DNA of 64,000 bases. Origin: Bdellovibrionales bacterium (GTDB taxonomy: Bacteria > Bdellovibrionota > Bdellovibrionia > Bdellovibrionales > UBA1609). Made by a program: the position numbers and the translations under genes. The stretch spans positions 16,065 through 80,064 of the forward strand of contig JANQSP010000084.1 of NCBI GenBank assembly GCA_028283955.1, in the 5' to 3' direction. Below the pieces are notes generated by a model, which saw only the letters and a program-made list of their open reading frames with translations, was not told the origin of the DNA and did no database searches. Of this stretch, positions 58,657 to 64,000 are shown in pieces (positions within the stretch are counted from its first letter, which is position 1; each line of letters opens with the position of its first letter).

Positions 58657-58869
58657 TTACTCATCCAAGGCAGAAGAACTCAGGTGCAGGCTAATTTTGG
58701 GCACATGAGCTCCCTTTACTGTTTTAAGCTTGTTGGCTAAAACATTGTCAGCTGCTTTTTGACAGATTTTCTCAAATTCCACATTTAAGGCCTGAATAGC
58801 TTCATCAGAAGTTTTTAAACCACGAGTTTTAAATAAATCTTTTGTTTTTTTTACAATAATTAAAGACAT
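58657..58869 (-). CDS. Small histone-fold (DUF1931-type) DNA-binding protein, bacterial histone candidate
   Basis: 70 aa. 'LIIVKKTKDLFKTRGLKTSDEAIQALNVEFEKICQKAADNVLANKLKTVKGAHV' has the helix-strand-helix pattern and K/T..S.E.I..L..C.K..KTV spacing I recall for the Bdellovibrio histone Bd0055 family. Strong SD AAAGGAG 6 nt upstream. Perfect TATAAT at 58908-58913 (minus). Confidence 0.6.
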   Translation of the reverse strand: MSLIIVKKTKDLFKTRGLKTSDEAIQALNVEFEKICQKAADNVLANKLKTVKGAHVPKISLHLSSSALDE

Positions 58870-59003
58870 TTCTTGCTCCTTTTTAAGTTAAGTGAATTGA
58901 CTTAGTTATTATAAAAAACAGGCTCTATGTCCAGAAAGAAACAGGACTTTTTATGCATTTTTTACAAAAAACAGCGGTTTTTTTGAGATTTAATCCTTAT
59001 TTC

Positions 59004-59252
59004 TCACTGAACAGCATCGCCAGAACCCCTGGATTTCTCATTCCGACGGGAATCAACCAGAGAACCAAGGTTCGCTAAAACATTAGCCGGATTTATGTCT
59101 CTACTGACTGATTTATCTGCACTTTCAGGAGCATTTTCACAAGCGGCTGATTTTTGGCTATAACTGTCGTCCACAGACCCTACGCTTGCAAGCAAACCAA
59201 AGGACAAAAAAGACAAAGAAGAGATTATCAATGCACGATATATATTTTCCAT
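59004..59252 (-). CDS. Small secreted hypothetical protein (82 aa)
   Basis: Signal peptide 'ALIISSLSFLSFGLLASVGS'. SD AAAGGAG 6 nt upstream of the ATG. Confidence 0.5.
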   Translation of the reverse strand: MENIYRALIISSLSFLSFGLLASVGSVDDSYSQKSAACENAPESADKSVSRDINPANVLANLGSLVDSRRNEKSRGSGDAVQ

Positions 59253-59361
59253 ATTTTACTCCTTTCCTTGTAATTATATCGGCCAATCTTTTATTTTCTC
59301 AATAATTTTTATGTTTAGCAGTGAGATTCATAGAAAAACCACATAGATCCTGGACAGGTTT

Positions 59362-60501
59362 TTACTTTGATTTCACAAAATAGGACACTTTGATTTCCGA
59401 GTCGGGAGTTAAAAACTCTTTAAAAACAAGCTTTTTCCCGACAGTGTCCCAATTTTCCTGGCTTTTGCCCTTTACAAACTCCACTTTGATTTCCGCTTTT
59501 AAAACGGGTTCTTCTTTTAACTCAACACTCTCTATCAAACTTCTTAAAAGAGCAGACGCTTCCTGCAGAGGAGGTCCATAGTTTTCTTCACAAAGAGAGA
59601 TGTTTTTACCATTTGTCATTTTTGCCAATTCAGAAATCTTTTCTCCATATACAGACTGAGGAGAATATTTCTTTTGTTGAACAAGGCATTCTTCATCCTG
59701 AATCAACAAAGTAAAAACATGAAAAGATTTTTCAGGAAATCTTTTTTTAAAATTGTTTAATACTTCCTCTGCTGTTGTAGCATGATCCTGGTCTTCCAAT
59801 CTTTCATCCTCATCTGTAACAATAAAACTTACCAGAACCTCCGAATTTTTAAGCATTGATGAATCAGATTCAGCTTGAGCCAAACGCTCTATACCGGAGT
59901 TCAACACCCTTAAGGGTTGCTCCAAAGAACCCTGGCAATAAGGAGCGAGCAAGCAATCTTCATCCTTATCCCGTGTTATAGTGTCTTTAAAGACATTCAC
60001 ATAATCCGGTGTTTGCGGATTCAAAACCGTTTGCGGTAATTTCTCACCCTGATATTCCAGGTGCATAAAATGCCCAAAATAAGGTTTATCCCCCTGATAG
60101 TCTTCCCATTTCTGCTGTGGAAATATTTTTTTACCGGATTCAAGCTCCTCTCCATAATTATGATCTCCATGATCGGCTGTGGTAAAAGCCATTTGCCAGT
60201 TACTGCCTTTAATTTGAGATATAAGGTCTTCAAATCCCTGGCCTAAACGAGCCAAATCATCCTCCATGGAAGGAGAAACATCTAAAATAAATAAAAAATC
60301 AACAAATCTGTCGTGCAGGTTTCCTATATAAAAAGTTTCCACTCTTTGTTCTACACAGACATCCTGACCTTCCACCTTTTTTATTATACAGGAATTCGTT
60401 TTTTTATTTTTTTCTTCATCATCCAGTAAGAATTCAACTTGATTTCTACAAGAAGAAGAAAACAAAACACAAAAAACAGCAAATAATTTTATAGCTTTCA
60501 A
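59362..60501 (-). CDS. von Willebrand factor A-like lipoprotein (paralog 1)
   Basis: Signal 'FAVFCVLFSSSC'. MIDAS-like 'FLFILDVSPSM', 'MAFTTADHGDH', 'VSFIVTDEDER'. TTG start. Paralog of 60595-61767. Confidence 0.65.
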   Translation of the reverse strand: MKAIKLFAVFCVLFSSSCRNQVEFLLDDEEKNKKTNSCIIKKVEGQDVCVEQRVETFYIGNLHDRFVDFLFILDVSPSMEDDLARLGQGFEDLISQIKGSNWQMAFTTADHGDHNYGEELESGKKIFPQQKWEDYQGDKPYFGHFMHLEYQGEKLPQTVLNPQTPDYVNVFKDTITRDKDEDCLLAPYCQGSLEQPLRVLNSGIERLAQAESDSSMLKNSEVLVSFIVTDEDERLEDQDHATTAEEVLNNFKKRFPEKSFHVFTLLIQDEECLVQQKKYSPQSVYGEKISELAKMTNGKNISLCEENYGPPLQEASALLRSLIESVELKEEPVLKAEIKVEFVKGKSQENWDTVGKKLVFKEFLTPDSEIKVSYFVKSK

Positions 60502-60594
60502 AATACAATTCTCCGTATCTCTATAAATAAGTTAAATGAAATAAAAGGAAAATAAAAGTGCTTTACCGGATTATCCAGGACCGAAGTAGGGAAC

Positions 60595-61767
60595 TTATTC
60601 GTATTGGTAACTGACAGTTATTTTTGTGCCTTCCTGAATATCATCAGAAAAGACTATTTTTCTTCCATACAGTTTCCAGGAGACATGAGGTTGGGGAGGA
60701 GATAGAGAAACTTTCACTGTTTCAGGAATATAAAATATTTTCTGTAAAACCAAAGATTGAACTAATGATCGTGTCACTTTTGATATATCCGTCAAAGATG
60801 AACCATAGTTTCTTGAGCAAAGGGATACATTACGACCTCCTGTCAATTCAGCCAAACGCCCCACAATATGTCCGTAAGCGGCCCCACTAGAAAATAGTCC
60901 ACCTACTTCATCTCTGTAACACTTTTCATCCTGAATACTGACACTAAAACCAAATAGCCTTTTTCTTTGGTTTGTAAATACCCGTTCATAAGTGGCCATC
61001 ACATCTTCCGCCTTCGTTGCACCTTGAGCATCATTTCTTCTCTCATCTTCATCTGTAATGATTAAGGCTACTGTGTCCACACCGGATTCAAAAAAATTTT
61101 TATTCTGTGAATCAGTTTGATAACGGTTAATAGTTGCTTTGAGAGCCCGTAAAGGCTGTTCATTGTTTCCCTGACAGTAGGGAGGCAGGTTACATTCGGA
61201 ACCGCGAGTAAGGGTATCTTTAAAAATCTGCTTATATCCGGAGGTGTTTTGATCTAAAACAAACTGATTCAAAACTCTTCCCTGTTGCTCTAATTTCATC
61301 AATTTCCCAAATCTGGGCAATGAGCCCTGATAGTGTTCCCACCTCTCCGACGCTTTTTGATCATGATCCCCATGATCTCCATGATCGGCTGTGGTAAAAG
61401 CCATTCTCCAGTCTTTATCCTGAATATGGGACAATAAAGCTTCCATATTTTTTCCGGTTTCTGTCAAATTATCATTCATGGAATCAGACACATCCAATAT
61501 GAACAGGATCTCCAGTTCATTCCTCATGGAAATTTCAAAATATTCAGTCAAATGACCGGGTTGATTTTCTCTCACACCTTTTAAAAAGGGAGTGTGTTGC
61601 ACATTATCCACACAGCCTTTATCGTTTGGATCACATTCTTCGAGAGTAGAATTAAATTTATAGTCAATTTCAAGGTCATGTGGAGAGTTTTCTCCAGTAT
61701 AAAAACCAATACGACTACAAGAGGAAAGAAATAAAAAAAAGAATAAAAAAGAAAGGACTATTTTCAT
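60595..61767 (-). CDS. von Willebrand factor A-like lipoprotein (paralog 2)
   Basis: Lipobox 'FLFLSSC'. 'ILFILDVSDSM', 'MAFTTADHGDHGDH', 'VALIITDEDER'. Collinear with paralog 1, including conserved Cys positions ('LPPYCQGNNEQPLRAL' versus 'LAPYCQGSLEQPLRVL'). Confidence 0.65.
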   Translation of the reverse strand: MKIVLSFLFFFLFLSSCSRIGFYTGENSPHDLEIDYKFNSTLEECDPNDKGCVDNVQHTPFLKGVRENQPGHLTEYFEISMRNELEILFILDVSDSMNDNLTETGKNMEALLSHIQDKDWRMAFTTADHGDHGDHDQKASERWEHYQGSLPRFGKLMKLEQQGRVLNQFVLDQNTSGYKQIFKDTLTRGSECNLPPYCQGNNEQPLRALKATINRYQTDSQNKNFFESGVDTVALIITDEDERRNDAQGATKAEDVMATYERVFTNQRKRLFGFSVSIQDEKCYRDEVGGLFSSGAAYGHIVGRLAELTGGRNVSLCSRNYGSSLTDISKVTRSLVQSLVLQKIFYIPETVKVSLSPPQPHVSWKLYGRKIVFSDDIQEGTKITVSYQYE

Positions 61768-61865
61768 AATTATTTATTTCGGAAATATACAAAAAATCTT
61801 TACTATTTGAGTGGTATAACTTGGCCTAAAGCCTTGCTACTAAATGAAGAGTGCAACAAAAGCAT

Positions 61866-62219
61866 TTATTTAGAGGAGGGTCGGCGCTGATTTTCATTGA
61901 TATCGTAATTATCAAAAGCCTCCTCCGCCTGACGGAGAAGTCCGGAATGAAACTCCATAACAGAGTTGTTTTTTATCACTTTATTTTTCGTTAAACCCTT
62001 AAACTGTGGAAATTTTTTATTTAATACCCTTGCTCCTGCTGTAGCACTTCCTCTTAAGTAGCGGCTAACAGCAGAGTTTCGCAGACCGTATTCAATCCAT
62101 TCTTCCAGACTCTTATCCGGTCCCACCTGCACTTGAAGAACAATGACAAACAGACAAGAGCATATAACCTTAAACCAAAAAAGCAAAAAACGAATGAAAA
62201 AACCACTTACAACTATCAT
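61866..62219 (-). CDS. Hypothetical membrane protein (117 aa)
   Basis: N-terminal TM 'FFIRFLLFWFKVICSCLFVIVL'. The start abuts the response-regulator stop, suggesting coupling. Confidence 0.4.
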   Translation of the reverse strand: MIVVSGFFIRFLLFWFKVICSCLFVIVLQVQVGPDKSLEEWIEYGLRNSAVSRYLRGSATAGARVLNKKFPQFKGLTKNKVIKNNSVMEFHSGLLRQAEEAFDNYDINENQRRPSSK

Positions 62220-62617
62220 CAGGCAACCATTTCTTTTTGTTGTTCTTGTTTCATTGCAGAAGAAACCATTTCCAAAATCTCATCACTTTTAAAAGGTTTA
62301 TTTATAAAGTGTGTGATTCCGGTCCTTTCCCTTTGCCGTTGAACCTGTTTTTGCTGCAAACTGGAACAAGCAATAACCGTCATTTCAGGGTAAAACTGTT
62401 TAATTTTATCTATTAAAGTAATACCATTTTGTCCACCGGGCAAAACCAAATCCACCCATATCAGATCCGGTTTCAAAGATCCAATTTGAAAAAAAGCGTC
62501 CCGGGCGGAAGAAGCTGTACCCACCACATCCATTCCCGCTTTGGTAAAAAGATGGCAAAGCATTTCCTGTAAAAAGAGGGCATCTTCAACAATAAAGATA
62601 CGAACACCGTTTCTCAT
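62219..62617 (-). CDS. Single-domain response regulator (CheY-like receiver)
   Basis: 'IFIVEDA' acidic pocket, phospho-acceptor 'DLIWVDLVLPG', 'VIACSS', 'FINKPF'. No output domain. Confidence 0.85.
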   Translation of the reverse strand: MRNGVRIFIVEDALFLQEMLCHLFTKAGMDVVGTASSARDAFFQIGSLKPDLIWVDLVLPGGQNGITLIDKIKQFYPEMTVIACSSLQQKQVQRQRERTGITHFINKPFKSDEILEMVSSAMKQEQQKEMVA

Positions 62618-62689
62618 ACCAAAAGTATCGGCAAAAGCTTAAATAATAAAAAGTTAAAATACAAAAAAATGGGCTTTTTAAAGACTTTT

Positions 62690-62719
62690 AAAAAAAAGAG
62701 GCCTCACTAAAGAGACCCC
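62690..62719 (-). terminator. Intrinsic terminator after groEL
   Basis: Minus strand reads GGGGTCTC-TTTAGT-GAGGCCTC (8-bp stem including two G-U pairs), followed directly by T8. Confidence 0.55.
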
Positions 62720-62747
62720 TTTGAGATTGAGATACTAATTACTTTAC

Positions 62748-64000
62748 TTACATCATAGGCATTCCGCCACCCATACCCATGCCAGGAGCTCCACCCCCTG
62801 CTGGAGCGGGATCTTCTTTCTTCGGCTCCTCCGCTATCATCGTCTCTGTAGTGAGCATTAAAGAGGCAACAGAAGCGGCATACTCCAGAGCACAACGAAC
62901 GACCTTTTTAGGATCAATCACTCCGGCTTTTTGCAGGTCTTCATATGTCCCGGTTAAAGCATTATAACCAAAGGCCTGATCTTTCTGTGAATCCATTACT
63001 TTATGTAAAACAATGGCTCCATCCAAACCGGCATTGGAGGCAATTTGACGAATGGGAGCTTCACAGGCTTTTTTCACGATGTTAAGACCAAAACGCTCTT
63101 CTTCACTTACTTTCAAATTATCCAGTACTTGAGAGGCTTTTAACAAAGCCACTCCTCCTCCGGGAACGATACCTTCTTCTACGGCCGCACGGGTGGAATT
63201 TAAAGCATCTTCCACACGGGCTTTTTTCTCTTTCATCTCCACTTCAGAGGGAGCTCCTACATGAATAACAGCCACCCCACCTGTTAACTTGGCCAATCTT
63301 TCCTGCAACTTTTCCTTATCATAATCACTGGTGCTGTCCTCAGCTTGTGCTTTAATTTGTGAAACACGGGCGGAAATTTCCTCTTTTTTCCCTGCGCCAT
63401 CAATAATGGTTGTATTATCTTTATCAATAACAACTCTTTTCGCCTTACCCAGATTATCTACTACTACATTCTCTAATTTATCTCCGGCATCTTCACTAAC
63501 CACCCTCGTACCGGTTAAAACAGCAATATCCTCCAACATAGCCTTCCTGCGATCGCCAAAACCGGGAGCCTTAACTGCCGCCACTTGCAATGTACCTCTT
63601 AGTTTATTCACCACCAGGGTAGCCAAAGCTTCCCCTTCCACATCTTCCGCAAGAATCAAGAGAGGTTTTCCGGCTTGAGCCACTCCCTCCAGAGCTTTTA
63701 TTACATTTTTCATGGAACTGATTTTTTTATCGTAAATAAGCAGAAAACAATCCTCCAGCACCACTTCCATTCTTTCCGCATTCGTTACAAAATAAGGGGA
63801 TAAATAACCTCTATCAAACTGCATCCCTTCAACTACATCCAACTCGGTTAAAGAGGTTTTACTTTCCTCTACTGTGATCACTCCCTCCTGACCTACTTTT
63901 TCCATCGCCTGAGCGATAATATCTCCAATTTCCTTATCGTTGTTGGCAGAGATAGTCCCCACTTGAGCAATTTCCATTTTCCCTTTAACCGGACTGGCCC
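62748..64000 (-). CDS. groL: Chaperonin GroEL (C-terminal about 415 aa; 5' end beyond window)
   Basis: '[15 protein letters not shown]', '[14 protein letters not shown]', '[23 protein letters not shown]', '[15 protein letters not shown]', '[10 protein letters not shown]', C-terminal '[11 protein letters not shown]'. The frame remains open to base 64000. Confidence 0.97.
   Translation of the reverse strand, partial: ASPVKGKMEIAQVGTISANNDKEIGDIIAQAMEKVGQEGVITVEESKTSLTELDVVEGMQFDRGYLSPYFVTNAERMEVVLEDCFLLIYDKKISSMKNVIKALEGVAQAGKPLLILAEDVEGEALATLVVNKLRGTLQVAAVKAPGFGDRRKAMLEDIAVLTGTRVVSEDAGDKLENVVVDNLGKAKRVVIDKDNTTIIDGAGKKEEISARVSQIKAQAEDSTSDYDKEKLQERLAKLTGGVAVIHVGAPSEVEMKEKKARVEDALNSTRAAVEEGIVPGGGVALLKASQVLDNLKVSEEERFGLNIVKKACEAPIRQIASNAGLDGAIVLHKVMDSQKDQAFGYNALTGTYEDLQKAGVIDPKKVVRCALEYAASVASLMLTTETMIAEEPKKEDPAPAGGGAPGMGMGGGMPMM

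Overview
This is an AT-rich (by eye about one-third G+C), densely coding bacterial chromosomal window with about 60 CDS and 2 tRNAs. Roughly three quarters of the genes are on the minus strand. The content is mostly housekeeping:
- a compact shikimate cluster (aroB, aroA, a fused aroK/aroD-like/aroE gene, aroC)
- a peptide ABC importer (binding protein plus two permeases)
- ung and dapF
- a caa3-type cytochrome c oxidase cluster (cytochrome c, SCO, ctaC/D/E, subunit IV, ctaB)
- secA, trmL, murA-prmC-prfA, rho, gatCAB, ligA
- the 3' part of groEL

I saw no rRNA, CRISPR array, transposase, integrase or prophage signature. Several markers suggest a Bdellovibrionota/Oligoflexia-like organism, which is inference only: a DUF1931-type histone-fold protein, GYF_2-TPR and MJ0042-type zinc-ribbon proteins, and many TPR lipoproteins.

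I found no clear novel multi-gene system. The items most worth a second look are:
1. Two paralogous secreted proteins built from an 8-residue L-T-P-E-Q-I-x-A repeat, inserted between aroB and aroA.
2. The trifunctional shikimate fusion, whose dehydroquinase-like middle appears to lack the expected His.
3. A 1155-aa PD-(D/E)xK nuclease / RNase H-like / SF1 helicase protein.
4. A bacterial histone-fold gene.
5. A 35-nt motif repeated directly at the TAG stop codons of two membrane-protein genes.
6. A secA lacking the zinc-binding tail, translationally coupled to a zinc-ribbon acidic protein.
7. A secreted kinase-like protein.
8. Tandem vWA lipoprotein paralogs.

All functional calls come from motif recognition by eye. 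No database search was run.
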